Below are positions 15,841-30,920 of a stretch of DNA of 64,000 bases, piece after piece. Each line of letters starts with the position of its first letter. Within the stretch, counting starts at the first letter, position 1. The notes beneath the pieces are model-generated. The model was given only the letters and a program-made list of their open reading frames with translations, searched no databases and was not told where the DNA came from. Both the position numbers and the translations under genes were made by a program. The DNA is taken from the NCBI RefSeq assembly GCF_009914755.1, contig NC_060928.1; one strand, 5' to 3'. The DNA is from the human T2T-CHM13v2.0 reference genome, Homo sapiens.

Positions 15841-16290
15841 TGTGATGGTTAATACTGAATGTCAACTTGATTGGATTGGGGGATACAAAGTATTAGTCCT
15901 GGGTGTGTCTGGATGGGTGTCGCCAAAAGAGATTAACATTGGAGTCAGAGGGCTGGGGAAGGCAGACCCACCCTTAACCTGGTGGGCACAATCTAATCAG
16001 CTTCCATCGAATATAAAGCAAGCAGGAAAATGTGAAAAGGAGAGAGATGGGCCTAGCCTGCCAGGCTACATCTTTCTCCTGTGCTAGATGCTTCCCACTC
16101 TCAAACATTGGACTCCAGGTTCTTCAGTTTTGGGACTCAGACTGGCTCTCCTTGCTCCTCAGCTTGCAGAAAGCCAGTTGTGGGATCTTGTAATTGTCTA
16201 AGTTAATACTTAATAAACTCCCATATATAGGAGATATATCTATATATATCTTATTAGTTCTGTCCTTCTAAGAGAACCCTGACTAATACA
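15841..16290 (+). mobile_element. MLT2A1-like (HERV-L) solo LTR, complete
   Basis: TGTGATGGTTAATACTGA...CTGACTAATACA with TG...CA ends; perfect 5-bp TSD ACACT at 15836-15840 and 16291-16295. Confidence 0.9.
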
Positions 16291-16702
16291 ACACTCCTCT
16301 CCCCTTCCCTGTGTTGTAACTATTGCCAGCAATGACATTGACACACTTGCTTTAATCTGTAGGTGTCTAATTTGCAGAAACCTTCATTTTATGTTCTAAT
16401 GTGAGAATTTAATGAGCTGGCCCAGTCAAAGCGCTTAGCACCTAGCTCATCGTAAGACTGTCAGGTTGATGGTGGGGAGGATGATGAAAATGGTGACGAA
16501 GATGGTGATGATTTTTAAAAGCACCTATGTAAAATGTGAGGCAGATATGCCAAGTGACTGAAACTAAAATCAATGAAGGACAAATGGAGCATTCTTTGTT
16601 TTAAACTTAAAACTCCAAAGAGGCATGATTCAAAGTTGTTTACTTGTATCTGGAACATATGAACCTGTATCAGGTCTAAGTAGGTACTTTAAATATACCT
16701 GA

Positions 16703-17012
<310 letters not shown>

Positions 17013-17239
17013 ATACCTAATATTTTCAAAAAATATTAGCATTGTCATGAGGGTATGACAGTAATTATTATGATGGTGCCACTCACAAACATTAGGTTTC
17101 AAACTTCCATTATCGGGCCAATGAACACGTTTGCCCATGAGTCCAAGGTCCACGAAGAATTCTCCACACTTCATGTTCTAGCTTGCTTACTGCTCCAGAG
17201 AGAAAGAACCGCACCCACCTTTCAGAGCTGAGGATGATG

Positions 17240-17680
17240 GTTAATGTTTACTGAGCATGTACTATGTGCCAAGTTTGATGCTCAGTTTTTCCCTCTTATC
17301 TCATCCAATCCTCACAAAAACCCTTTAAGATAAATTCTTAGTATCCCATCCTATTGGGGAAAGAGCATGGCAGAGTCGTTAAAAGCACAGATAGAATCGC
17401 AGCTGTCATTTGCCTTGAACCAAGCTACTTAATCTCTCTATGCCTCAATTTCCTAATCTACAAATAGGCATGACAATAGAAGGTAACTCAAGGCTGATGA
17501 GAGGTGAGTGGGTTGGTACATGTGAAGTGCCTGGAACATAGTAAATATCAGTAAACATGTAAGTCTTGGCTATTATTTACTTTACAGATGAAGAAACTGG
17601 GGTTTAAAGAAGTCAAATTACTTAGCTTGTAAAAAGCAGTGCTGGGACTCAAATCCAGGCAGTCTGGCTTCAGACCCTTG
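17240..17680. mobile_element. Cluster of MIR fragments in both orientations
   Basis: TTTACTGAGCATGTACTATGTGCCA, GCCTCAATTTCCTAATCTACAAATAGG, TTTACAGATGAAGAAACTGGGG. Confidence 0.7.
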
Positions 17681-17709
17681 ACATAAAGAGGGAAATGGAA
17701 ATACAGCAC

Positions 17710-18150
17710 CCACTCCGCGGCTGCTCTGAAGCTTCATCTGCACACGTAAGTGCTCTCGCCCCACCCCAGTCAAGGGAAGCGCTGCTGAATAGAACTCTAT
17801 TTGGTTGAGGTGGCAGCAGAATACAGGAAAGGCCTGGCCTTCTGGCCTGCTTGACTCCATCCTACCCCACTCCGTAACCTGCCACAGCACAGCACTGTTG
17901 CAGAATGGCGGACGTGGACCAATGGTTGAGCGGTGGAGAGAGATACTCCTCAGGGTTCTTGGACTCTGCAGCGGCTGCTACAGCTGTCTCCCCAGCGACA
18001 GGAAAGGATCGCCAAGACAGAAGGGGGAGCTGCCGTGTCTTCCCCAACCAACATGCGAGCTGTTTGAGAGCCCAAACGGCAACAACAGCCGCCATTTAAC
18101 AAACACTTCCATTGGCCAGGTGGTGCTAGGCATGTGACAGGAACGTCTTA
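17710..18150. promoter_or_regulatory. CpG-retaining unique segment with YY1-like motifs and a CCAAT box; candidate enhancer or weak promoter
   Basis: About 17 CpG in ~440 bp by hand count; AATGGCGG 17904-17911; CCAAT 17919-17923; GCCGCCATTT 18088-18097. Confidence 0.4.
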
Positions 18151-18290
18151 ATCTGATCCCCATGACAATCCGATGAGGCATGGGTTTGTCACTATGTCCT
18201 CTCTGCAGATGAGGAACCTGAGAATTAGTGAGGTCAGGTACATTGCCCGAGGACAGATAATTAAACACCAGAGCCAGGGCTCAGCCCAGA
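18085..18290 (-). mobile_element. MIR
   Basis: CAGATGAGGAACCTGAGAATTAGTGAGGT core. Confidence 0.7.
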
Positions 18291-18504
18291 GCTGGGTCAC
18301 AGTTTGTCCTAAGACAGTACACACCAGAGATGAGGACTGGAATAAAACGGCAAATGTAGCAACAATGAGCTTCCTTTCCCCAGAGGCCTAGTGGACAGAG
18401 CCCACCAGCCAAACACTTGGGAGACAGAGGTTCCAAATCTGAGCTTGGCTCCTCACTCTGCTCCCTACTCACCAAGCACCTTGAGGCTGCCCACAAATAG
18501 CAAG

Positions 18505-18850
18505 CATCATTTATTGAGGACCTACTATGTGCTCAGCTCTATGCTTGGTGCTAGATTGTACGCCCTACTTGGGCAGGAACAGCATCTGTCTCATTTGCTA
18601 ATGTATCCCCACAGCCTAGTATGATGCCTGGCTCTCATTAGGGGCTGAATGAATACTTGGAGAATTAATGAATGAACGAGTGAAAATATTCGCTCTGATC
18701 CTTACAACTGCTGTAAAGTAAAATTTGAATCCTCTGTATGTAGGAAAAGAAATTAAGTTCAGAGCAGCCAAATCCCCTGTTCAAGGTCACATAGTTAATG
18801 AGTGCTACAGCGGGATTCAAACCTAGCCTATCTGGCTCCCAAATCCTACT
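18505..18850. mobile_element. L2/MIR fragments
   Basis: ATTTATTGAGGACCTACTATGTGC; L2 3' end GAATTAATGAATGAA; CAAGGTCACATAGTTAATGAGTG. Confidence 0.6.
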
Positions 18851-19677
18851 TTTTCCTCTCTATTTCTCTTCCCCAAAAGGACACAATGCCACTCTCCCAC
18901 CTCCCACGGCTATCATGAAGATGAAATGAGATAAGGTGGTTGAATGGGTTTTGTAATCACTGTACTTGGAAAGGTTGGTAACTGTGATTTTTAACACAAA
19001 ATCAAAGCCTAAAGTCAAAACAGCACAACTTCAGTGGAACGTTAAGCTCTGAGAAGAAATAGGAGTATTTGGGGCCAAGAAGGTTTTTGCTAGCTTTGAA
19101 ATCAAATCACACTGCGTACTCGCAGCCACCTTCTCAGGATGTGGGTGAGGAACAGAATCCCCAGATTTAGAATTGCAGAATTGCAGAATTATGCAAAGGC
19201 CACCCAGCACAGCATTCCACCCAGTGCGGCACCCTGGACAGATTGTCACCTCATCTCTGATTGAACAGAAATGTGACAGCATAAGACCAGAAAGAGATAC
19301 CAGAAATGTAGGTCTCAAAACAAAATACCCGCTGGATACAATCACTTCCCCAGAAGATCTCTTAGGCTCATGTTGTTTTTCCATTCCTGGGTGATCTGTC
19401 TAACCTGTAACTTCCATGGTTAAATCAAATGATTTAATTAAGCTTCTGCAGTAAATTAGAATTTAGCAACACTTTATATCTAAGGAATTTTTAAAACCAT
19501 GATCATCTCTCTCTCTCTCTTTCTTATAATAATCTTATCCTCATTTTCCGAATAAGAAGAATCTAGACACAGCACAAAAATTTGCCCACAAAATCAGGAA
19601 ATTAAGGCTCAAATGCAAAAGTGAAGGCTAGGTAGAATTCTACCTTCAAACTCTTCATCCCTTTAAAAGGTGACTGA

Positions 19678-20089
<412 letters not shown>

Positions 20090-20609
20090 TCAGCGTACAG
20101 TGGCTAATAAAGTAAAAATCTTTAGTGAGTCTTCAAATCCTGACTCATCAGGATTGGGAACTCACAAGGGAGGATCTTGCCAACTTCTTTTTAAAAGCTG
20201 ATAAGCGAAGGCATGGAGAAACTGAAAGATATATATTAAAAACAGTGCAAGAATGCTGTCCCCAGTATAAGGTACTAACATCCTTATTCTCTCTCAGCAG
20301 AGGGGGCAACTCAAGGCCTTCTTGATCCAAAGTTGGCAAACTAAATGAGTGACTTCTCAGGCATTAGGACGTGGCAAATGGTGGCCACTGGCAACTCAGT
20401 CTTACCTAGATAGAATACAGGCTCGATGTTGCCAGATTTTATATTTTTCAAGAGAAGCCAAAAGTCCTTTTCTTTGGCAGAGTTGGGATTGAGGAAAGAA
20501 GACCTTCTTATTTCTAAATATTGTCAAATTCAAGCAACTTCAAACTGCCAATTTGTGACTGCAGCTTTTTCCCTCCTGAGTAATATCACGGTACTACACA
20601 ACAAGCCCA

Positions 20610-20790
20610 AATAAGACTCTGAAGACCTAAGTTCCAGTTCTGAATCCTTCAATGATCACTTACGCACACTTTCAAAAGGTCACTTACACTTCCCTGGGCT
20701 TCAGTTTCCTCATCTGCATAATGGACTTAATGATGCCTGCCTAATTAATTTCATACAATTTTTGCATGAATCAAATAAAATAAGTTATTC
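20610..20790 (+). mobile_element. MIR
   Basis: CTGGGCTTCAGTTTCCTCATCTGCATAATGG core. Confidence 0.7.
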
Positions 20791-21539
20791 AAAAACAAGG
20801 GCTTTATGTCCCCAGGGATGAAAAATAAAATAAAAATAAAATAGTCAATCAAAATAAAATAGAAATTAAAAGTTTGTTGAACTGAAAAGCACTTTGAAAA
20901 CGGTCAAGCAGGTATTAAATGCAAAATGTCACACAAACTGCTAGTCCTCAAAATCTTTCTAAGTTGTATGAAAAGGTGGTTTTCTTTTTCAAGAAAAGAA
21001 AAAGTATTTTCCCCTCCCCCCAAAAAGTTTTTCCAACAAAAGTAATTGACAGTATCTGTTTAGTAACTTGAGAGAGAGAAGAGCGAGAGCTTTTATGCAA
21101 ATTTGATTTCCCTATAATAATCTAGAGCTATTCTGCTAGAAGGAATTATCTCCGCAGGCTGGCAGCTGTGGTAGGCAGTGAATTAAAAATGGCTCTGTAT
21201 ATGGGAAAATCTGTTCTATAATCAGTGCTATTCTTGGAGAGGACATCAATCTAGCGCAGCTCCCATGGTGCTCCACGCCTGTGAATGACATACAAGCATG
21301 AGGTAGAAACTCCCATTACATCACGGCTGGGGATTCTGTCCTGCCTGAGACATTGAACTGCTATCCCAAGGTGAGAATGGATCCAATGGTAGCCTCCAAC
21401 CAGCCAGTATGGCCAATCCCCTTAAGTTAGGAAAGAACACATTAGAGGACAAAAAAAAATCTTCCAACAATGATTTATTCAACTCAACTCGAACTGCCCA
21501 GTCTTAGGGTTATTATAAGGCTTCTACATGTTTTCTTCA

Positions 21540-21690
21540 CTCTCCCCTTTCTTTTTTCTTCCTTCTTCCATTTCTGTCTTCCTCCTTTCCTTTCTTCTTT
21601 CCCTCCTTCCTTCCCTCCTTCTTGCCTTCTTTTCTTCCTCCCCACTCTCACTTCTCTCTTTCCCTTCCTTCATTTCTTCGTTTTCCTCCC
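21540..21690. repeat. CT-rich low-complexity tract
   Basis: Almost only C/T. Confidence 0.9.
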
Positions 21691-23414
21691 TGCTATTCTG
21701 ATACAGAATCTAAGGTTCGATTCCTAAATCACAAGATGCCAGGCAAAGAAATGCTACACAAGGGCTCTTTGTCCATGGGAAAGGCACACGCTACAGAAAA
21801 GTATTTTAAGAAGCCAGCAATGACTGCAGTGCTGCACGTAAAATGTCATCATGTTCTTAATGAGGCAATTGCTTGGTCAGTAAAAATACTCTCGCCCTGG
21901 ATGGTTAGTATGTTGAAGTTAACTTGGACACTGCATGTGGCAGCCACAGCCATCTTCCCACAAGAAGTTAGGCTGCATGTAAATAAAGCCATCACCTACC
22001 CCCAAGTGAATCCTATCTCCTTCATTGGACATGGAATTTTCCTGGGAACCTGTGTCCCTGTGCTTCTGGCGAGGTGTCTTCTTTCCTTAAGTCGAGTGCA
22101 CCATTATTGTGTCTGTTTGGAGTACTGGATATCAAATTAAACTGTGTGAGTGTGTCTGCATATCTCTGTCTGTGTAAAGGGATTTGGAATTATGCTGATT
22201 TAAGTCACTCAGTGTCTTTTAAAATAACTAAACGTCAATGCTAGAAATGCCAAGAAATTGCACTTCGGAATTGGAACTAGTCATCTCTCCCTTTCAAACA
22301 TTGTTAAGAAATGGCCTTTGTCCAACATGCCACGTCCTAGAGACCCACAGAGCTGAGCATACACATGCCCACAGTGGAAGGTCAAGGTCTCCAAAATGTT
22401 GAGTCTTCTACTGAGGTTAGAGCTAGCAGCTCCAGCAGTGTGGGCATATCTGCATGAAAAGGCAGAGAACAACCTAATGAGATTGACAAGCAGTGAATCT
22501 GTTTGAGACCACATTGAGCCTGGCCATCCAGCACCAAGATGGCTTGAAATAGCTCTCAGAGAGGCCAGAAATGCTGTCTTTCAAACATGTTCCCTGGAGA
22601 AAGGGAATTGTTCCTGCTACCAGGGCCCCTCAGGGATCAGTATCCTCTTGCTGCTCATTCTCAGGCAGGAACCTTTCTCTGTGCTCTTCTTGGGTTCTGT
22701 TCTTTTGAGCCTTTTCTTTTTCAGCTATGGTGGCCATAGATACATACCAGGCACCACCAGACATGCATGTATTTCTTGAACCACCTCCACTCTCTCTGAA
22801 GCTCCGGAGGCCTCCAAAGTCTTCACGAAAGGCACAAAAGCTGCCTACATTATCACTTTGGTAGGAAAGCAAAACAGGGTGGCACTGCAGGGTTAATTTA
22901 AAAGACAGCTGCATCCATTTTGCTCATTACTCTTCATGTATAAACTGCAAATTGCATTTGAAAATATTTTCTTTAAAATAAAATTGTCATTTCTGAGCCT
23001 CCTGCAGGCACCCAGTGTCTGGGTAAAACAAGTAGCACTAACATGAAACGAGGGCGTCATCCCTGCCTCCTTTACAGAGGTAGCAGGCCACACCCTGCTG
23101 ACCCCACTACACAATGAATAATGCAATGAGTGGGAGAATGTTCTGGTAAAATCAATCATTCTCCAACATTGGGAAGCTGGGGCAGAATTTGCTGCACAAG
23201 CATCTGCATTCTCCCAGATCCAGTCCAGTGACATCGATTTTAAGAGGAGGCAACTAAATTTGTGACTGCTTCATTTCACCCTCCCATTGACCTTGCTCTC
23301 TTTCGCTCAGACCTAAGTTGGTTTCCCCCAGGAATCCTGGAAACAAGAACTAATCCCTTTTGGAAATGAGAATTAAACAGAAGGCATCTGCTGTTTGAAT
23401 GTTGGACATAGGGG

Positions 23415-23560
23415 GTCTGAGCCTCAGTCTCTTCCTCTGTAAAATAGGGATAATTGTAGTACCTCTTTTATTGGGTTGTTATGAAAAATAAATCCATTAA
23501 TTCATGTAAAGTATCTGAAATGCTGCCTGACACATAGTTAGCACACAGTAAATGCAGATA
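23415..23560 (+). mobile_element. MIR
   Basis: GAGCCTCAGTCTCTTCCTCTGTAAAATAGGGATAAT. Confidence 0.75.
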
Positions 23561-23679
23561 TAGATACATAAATATAGACTCATTCCAAACTCATTTCCTG
23601 ATCCTGCAAAATGGGAGACAGCTACTTAAAATCTTCTTCTTAAAAGGCCTCGTTTGGAGTAAGGAGCTCTGGATTCAAC

Positions 23680-24840
23680 ACTTGAATCTAAAAATCAATT
23701 TTAATATCACCAAAGAGAGACAAACTGATTTTGTACTTCCTGGTGTGATGCAATTAGACATACACACCACCACCCACAAAGTGTTTCTACCAAAATCTTG
23801 GACCTGAACTTGAGTGAGCTTCTGGACCCAACAGTTTACAAGAGGAAGATAAAAGGGACCGAGGAACATCATGGATACATACAGCAAAATCCAGGCCATG
23901 GAAATTTCAACAAGACAAACTACTCTGCTGCTTCAACACGTAGATTTCAAACAAAGAAAAAAAAAAGACAGGAAATATCTTAGAATAAAAGAAAACACAA
24001 AAGGCATATCTACCAAATGCCATGTGTAGATTTTCATTTTGATACTGCTTTGAAAAAAAAAAAACCTATAAAATAGCAACAGTTCAAATTGGGTCAATTC
24101 AAACACTAATTGAATATTGTGATCGCAAATAATTGTTCTTAAATTTTTTTGCTGCTTCTCCCATTGAGGGGCAATCTGATTCCCCTCCATTGGATCTGAG
24201 GTGGCCTTAGTGACTTGCTTCTCTACGACCTCTAAGCCTAGGTCATGAGAACCTTGCAGCTTCTACACAAGTGTCTTGAAACTCTTGCTCCTAGAATATT
24301 TCTTCTTGGGACCCAGCAGCCATGCTGGGAGAAGCCCAAAAGCATGGAAAGACCATCTGTGGGACCTAAAGAGCTGACACCTCCACCTGAGTCCCCAGCT
24401 GACAGTCATATCAGTAGGCCACTCTGGAGATCCAGCCCACTGGTATCTTTAGATGACTCTAGCCCCAGCTAAAATCTGATTATAGTCACATTAGAGACCC
24501 CAGACGAAAACCGCCCTGCCGAGCCCAGCCAGCCCACGGAAACACGAAACATAACAACAAACTACTGTTTTAAGCCATCAAGTTTGGAGGTAATTTGTTA
24601 TGCAGAAAAGGTAATCAGAAAACTTTCTCTTAAAGATGTGTTCTTAAAGATTTATAGAAGAAATGATATGATAGTTGGGATATTCAAATTAATCCAGTTG
24701 AGGAGGGGGGTAGAGTTAAAACAAGCTTGCCCACATGCTGCTAAGGCTAACACTGGGAAGCTGGATCATAGAAAGTCATTATATTCTTCTCTATAATCTT
24801 GAATATTTTTTAAATGTTTTATAATAAAAAGTTGTTTTTT
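23680..24840 (+). mobile_element. Old L1ME-type 3' region interrupted by an MLT1 LTR
   Basis: Degenerate L1ME 3'UTR ending TTTTATAATAAAAAGTT. Confidence 0.45.
24150..24622 (+). mobile_element. MaLR LTR (MLT1G/H-like)
   Basis: GCCTTAGTGACTTGCTT ... TTTTAAGCCATCAAGTTTGGAGGTAATTTGTTATGCAG 3' end. Confidence 0.75.
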
Positions 24841-26199
24841 TAAGATCTCTGGATTTGTCAAGACAAAGTTTGAAGACTACAGAGAAAAGAATACTAGCTG
24901 TTAGGTTAGTGTATGTGGTAGGCATCACAGATGTTATTTTAATGTGCAGAATTGGTAATTCATTATTACCTGTCCAACCTCAGCATGTCCATCTTTAAGA
25001 AGACAGTAAATGGAGTTAAAAGAACCTGCAGTCAAGAGTAAAATTCAAATCCCAGCTCTGCCTTCTCCTAGCTGAGATTCCTTTGGCACATTCTTCAACA
25101 TCTCTGGGTTTCACTGCTTTATGTGCAAAGAATTTTTTTTCCTGATGAAGTTGCCCAATTCCTAAATACTTAAAGGGACAGTGTACACCGGAAAGTGCTA
25201 CAAAATCACAGATACTAGTGTTGCAAGCTGTAATGAAAAAGAAATTATTTACTCTTAAGGCCCTGACAATATTATATCACTATAGATCATCTACCTACCA
25301 TGTAAATGATGTTAAATTTCTGTTCTTTTCTCAATTACATTCAGGAGCTGGACAGATGTTTCTTCACCAGGGAGGATGTGCTGGGGTGGCCTGACTAAAC
25401 TATAAGACATGTAGGGTGTGCATGGCTCATTTTTGGGGTGTGGGGCATCTTGAGAAGATATTTGCTCACCACCCAGGTCATCAAAAATGGGGTTTTACAT
25501 GACTGCATGTGATTGTTAATCCAGAGAGTATATGTTTGGACCAGAAAACCATGTGTGCTCCAATGGGAGGTAAACAAACCTGCCCTTTGCTGTGGTCAAC
25601 TCCACAGAGGGGACAGCAAAATGTGCATCTATTGTGGGATAATTGATAATTCTCCCAAACAACAACCAAAGAGGTTAGCAAGCCATTAACTTCACTAATA
25701 AATTAATCCACTCAAATGTGTACTGCTGTATCAAGAACTACAATTCTACGTACAGCTCTATGTAGTGAGTTTGGAAAAAGCCAAGTATCCGTAACTGAAG
25801 CAGATTCCTCCATTAACTTGTCTTTACATTTCAATGGTCTGTTACTATTGAAAAAATTGTGAAAATAATTAATAAAATAATCTAAGAAGTCAGCTTACAT
25901 TCACACATTTGCCAATGGCTCATAGTTTTGTAATAAAACATAACAACATAAAAGGTAACATTAAATAACAATAGAATATTATATATACACATACACATAT
26001 GTGTATGGATACACATACACGTATTTTCCTACATATACAAATATATATAACAAATGGAAAAATAGAATACAAAAAGTTTTGCGTGTGTTCATCTTTTCTA
26101 TGGTATTAATTGAAATGCCTTAGGCTAGCATTTCCCAAAGAGTGCCCGCAGACTCCTGCCCCCACCAACTAATTTTAAAAATTTATATTTATTAATGCT

Positions 26200-26718
26200 T
26201 GTGATGTTCAATACTGAGCGTCAACTTGATTGGATTGAAGGATGCAAAGTATTGTTCCTGGATGTGTCTGTTAGGATGTTGCCAAAGGAGATTAACATTT
26301 GAATCAGTGGTCGGGGTGAGGCTGACCCACCCTCAATCTGGGTGGGCACAATCTAATCAGCTGCCAGCACAGCTAGAATAAAGCAGGCAGAAGAACACAG
26401 AAGGACTAGACCTGCTGAGTCTTCCAGCCTCCATCTTTCTCCTGTGCTAGATGCTTCCTGCCCTCGAACATCAGACTCCAAGTTCTTCAGCTTTTGGACT
26501 TTTGGACTTACACCAGTGGTTCGCCAGGGGCTCCCAGGCCTTTGGCCACAGACTGAAGGCTGCACTGTCGGCTTCCCTACTTTTGAGGTTTTGGGACTCT
26601 GATCCACCACTGGCTTCCTTGCTCCTCACCTTGCAGACTGCCTATTGTGGGACTTCATCTTGTAATTGTGTGAGTCACTTCTCCTTAATAAACTCCCTCT
26701 CATATATACATCTATCCT
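26200..26718 (+). mobile_element. MLT2A2-like (HERV-L) LTR, 3' end slightly truncated
   Basis: TGTGATG..AATACTGAGCGTCAACTTGATTGGATTGAAGG start; paralogous to 15841-16290 with an extra internal segment. Confidence 0.88.
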
Positions 26719-27049
26719 GAAATCATATATATGTTTGGGAAATGTTAGGTTAAACAAGCTTAATGAGGTTTTTGCATTTGGTGGCGGCTGTTTTTAATGA
26801 CAACTCTTCTCAGAAATGTTAATGTGCACATTGTGAATCTCCAAGAGGTACCCAGAAATGATTTACTCAAGAGCTCTTCCTCCAGACTCTTCTTCCTCAG
26901 GACACCCCAGGAGGAAGAAGAGAAGCCGACTGTCCTGGGTAACTAACATTTGGATAGCAGCTTCCCATTTACTCAGTGCTTTACAATTAACTCATAAGCT
27001 CTGCAGCACTGCTGTGAGTTGAGCAGGTATCACTAACATTATTTTTCAA

Positions 27050-27882
27050 TAGGTTTTATAATTTTAGAGATGTTTTAGGGTCACAGCAAAATAGAGTGGC
27101 AAGTACAGAGAGATCTCATATACCCTCTGCCCTCACACAGGTGCAGCCTGCCCTACTATCAACATCCCAGGCCAAAGTGGTGCATTTGTTACAATCTGTG
27201 AACCTACATTGACACATCATCACCCAAAATCCATAGTTCACATTAGGGTTCACGGTTGCTATTACACATTCTCTGGGTTTTGACAAATGCTTTAGGACAT
27301 GCAACCACCACTGTAGTATCATACGGAATAGTCTCTCTGCTTTAAAAATCCTGTGTTCCATCTCTTCATCTCTCCCTCCCCAGTAACTCCTAGCAACCTC
27401 TGATCTTTTTAGTGTCTCCATCACATTGCCTTTTCCAGAATGTCATATAGTTGGAATCACAGAGTATGCAGCCTTTTTACATGGGTTTCTTTCACTTAGT
27501 TACATGCATTTAAGTTTCCTCCATGTCTTTTCATGCTTGATAGCTCATTTGTTTTTAGCACTGAATAATATTCCATTGCCTGGATATATCACAGTTTATC
27601 CATTTACCTACTAAGGACATCTTGGTTGCTTCCAAGTTTTGACAATAGTGAATAAAGCTGCTATAAATATCCATATGCACATTTTTGTGTGGACATAAGT
27701 TTTCATCTCCGTTTGGGTAAATATCAAGGAGCGTGATTGCTGGATCATATGTTAAGAGTATGTTTAGTTTGGTAGGAAACTGCCAAACAGTCTTTCAAAG
27801 TGGCTGTACCATTTTGCATTCCCACCAGCAATGAATGAAAGTTCCTGTTGCTCTACATCCTTGCCAGAATTTGGTGTTGTCA
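27050..27882 (-). mobile_element. L1MC-type 3' end and ORF2 tail
   Basis: GGTTCACGGTTG...; GTGGCTGTACCATTTTGCATTCCCACCAGCAATGAATGA. Confidence 0.85.
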
Positions 27883-27987
27883 TTTAATCTGATATTCAAA
27901 ATGAAGAAACAGTCCAGCCTCCAAGTGAAATGACTGGAACCAAGGTTTTCTAACTGCAATCAGTATGCTCCTTCCATTTCACCAGGG

Positions 27988-28641
<654 letters not shown>

Positions 28642-29529
28642 CACAGAAGAATCAGACCCGATTAGAAGCATCCTCTCAATGAAGAAAATCCTAGGCTTCG
28701 TAATGGTTTTCAACCAACAAATGAGAAAATATATTCAAAGGCAGTTTCTTGTATGGCCCTCCTCCCCATAGAATTCTCTTTCTTACTTTCCCAGACATTT
28801 TAGCATTGTATAGGCAGTGATGCTACACATAGGAAGTATTGAATTTTGACTCCGCCAACAGTAAAGAGTACTGTCGCTAAGATTCAGACTGTGTTTTCCC
28901 CTTCAAGGGAGCTAAGCAGCATCCTGCCTGGCTTCATTTTTTTTTTTTTTTTTTGCCTTAAGGTTTGTTTATACTCAGCAGGAGGAAAGGTAAGGAGATA
29001 AAAGCAACGCAGAATGAATAAAGGAAGACAAGACTACAGCCAAACACGGGGAAGGCAAGATTAGAGGAGCAAGCCCCAGGGAAGAAAGTTTACAGGTTAC
29101 CAACTGAGTAGATGGAAAGGGAGATTATGCCAGGAACACAGTGGCCAGAAGGAAGAATCCCAGAGACAAAATCGCCACAGGCAAAGGTTATTTCAATGCA
29201 CAAATCTCCCAAAGTGTGGATCAAGTCGCCGAAATAATTAATTTAATTCTGGCTATTAGCTTCTTTAGCCGGCTGGGATCCCCACTGGTATTTTAACCCA
29301 GATCCTTGTGGGGGGGTAGGGATCATTTAGGAAAGGAGCCATGGGAAACAGGAAGACCGTTTGAATCTGCAATTCCTTCTTTCCGCCGCTGGCTTCGCAG
29401 CTGGAGAGGAGAGGAGAAAGATCTCTTGCCCAACATCAGCCTGAGAAGACCCTGATATTTTAAGCTCTTGAAAAGCAGAAAAGATGACCTTTTCTCAGCA
29501 TCCCCCAAAGTAATCTTATAAATGATAAT

Positions 29530-29770
29530 GAGAGGCCAGTCACTGAATGCTTGCGATATGCCAGGCCCCAGATTAGATCCTTCCCATATGTTAAATGTCT
29601 TTAATCCTTACAACAACCCCTTGAGTCAAGAAATACTACCGGGATTTTGAAAAGGAGATTTTGAGAAGTCAAATGACAAGGCTGGTAAAAAGCAAAAGTG
29701 AGACTCGAACCCACGGTTGTCGGTCTCCAAAGCCCATGCTCTGAAACCACCATGAGACACTGTCTCCCAG
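29530..29770 (-). mobile_element. MIR
   Basis: TTTAATCCTTACAACAACCCC ... GACTCGAACCCA...CTCCAAAGCCCATGCTCT. Confidence 0.7.
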
Positions 29771-30136
29771 TAAGCATTTGTTAATTACCATAAAGCACTA
29801 AATTAATCAAACACAAGCTACAGGATCCAAACTGGGTTCCTTCTAGCCATCACATGTACTTATTTGTGCTAAATTATGATGATATTATTTATAAACATAG
29901 CTTTGAAACATTGCAGATTACAAAGTGATTTCATGTACATTTATCTCATTTAATTTTGCCCAAAAGCCTGGGTACATTTGCTTTTGGGCAGAATTAAATG
30001 AGAATGAAATGGAAAGGAATAGTGGGTGCCTAACCAATATCTTTTATTCTCTTCTTTTTCTCCTTCCAGAGCAGTAGCAGTAGAAAATTATGTGTCCAGC
30101 CACCTGATAGATAGGGGCAAAGGATGAACTATAATT

Positions 30137-30235
30137 AGAGTCACCGTACCTCTAGGTTCACCTGGGATAAGCCTGGTTTATGCTCCTTTCACTCTGAACA
30201 GCCCCATTTAGATGATAAATTATATGATCACCCTA
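30137..30235. mobile_element. hAT-Blackjack MITE (MER94-like)
   Basis: AGAGTCACCGTA ... TATATGATCACCCT terminal similarity. Confidence 0.5.
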
Positions 30236-30238
30236 GTT

Positions 30239-30413
30239 CAGTGGTCCCCAGTCTCGACAATCCAATTGGATCCCCTGGGGTCATTTAAAAATACTGAGTC
30301 CTGACCCCAACCATAGACATTCTGATTTAATTTGTTTGCAGTGAGGCCCAATATAGGTACTTTTTTAAAGCCCCCTTGTGTTTCAAGTATGCAGCTGGTG
30401 CTGAGAAGCACTG
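30239..30413. mobile_element. MER5-family hAT MITE
   Basis: CAGTGGTCCCCA ... ATTCTGATTTAATT ... TGAGAAGCACTG. Confidence 0.7.
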
Positions 30414-30488
30414 TGCACCAGCTCTAAGCCAAAGTTGTTAGGTACAACTTCTGGATAATTTGTTTTAAAACTGCTTGAAGAGAGATTA

Positions 30489-30920
<432 letters not shown>

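Noticed and set aside
21622-22140. 172-aa ORF
   Set aside because: Starts in CT low-complexity DNA at a non-ATG codon; no domain or splice support
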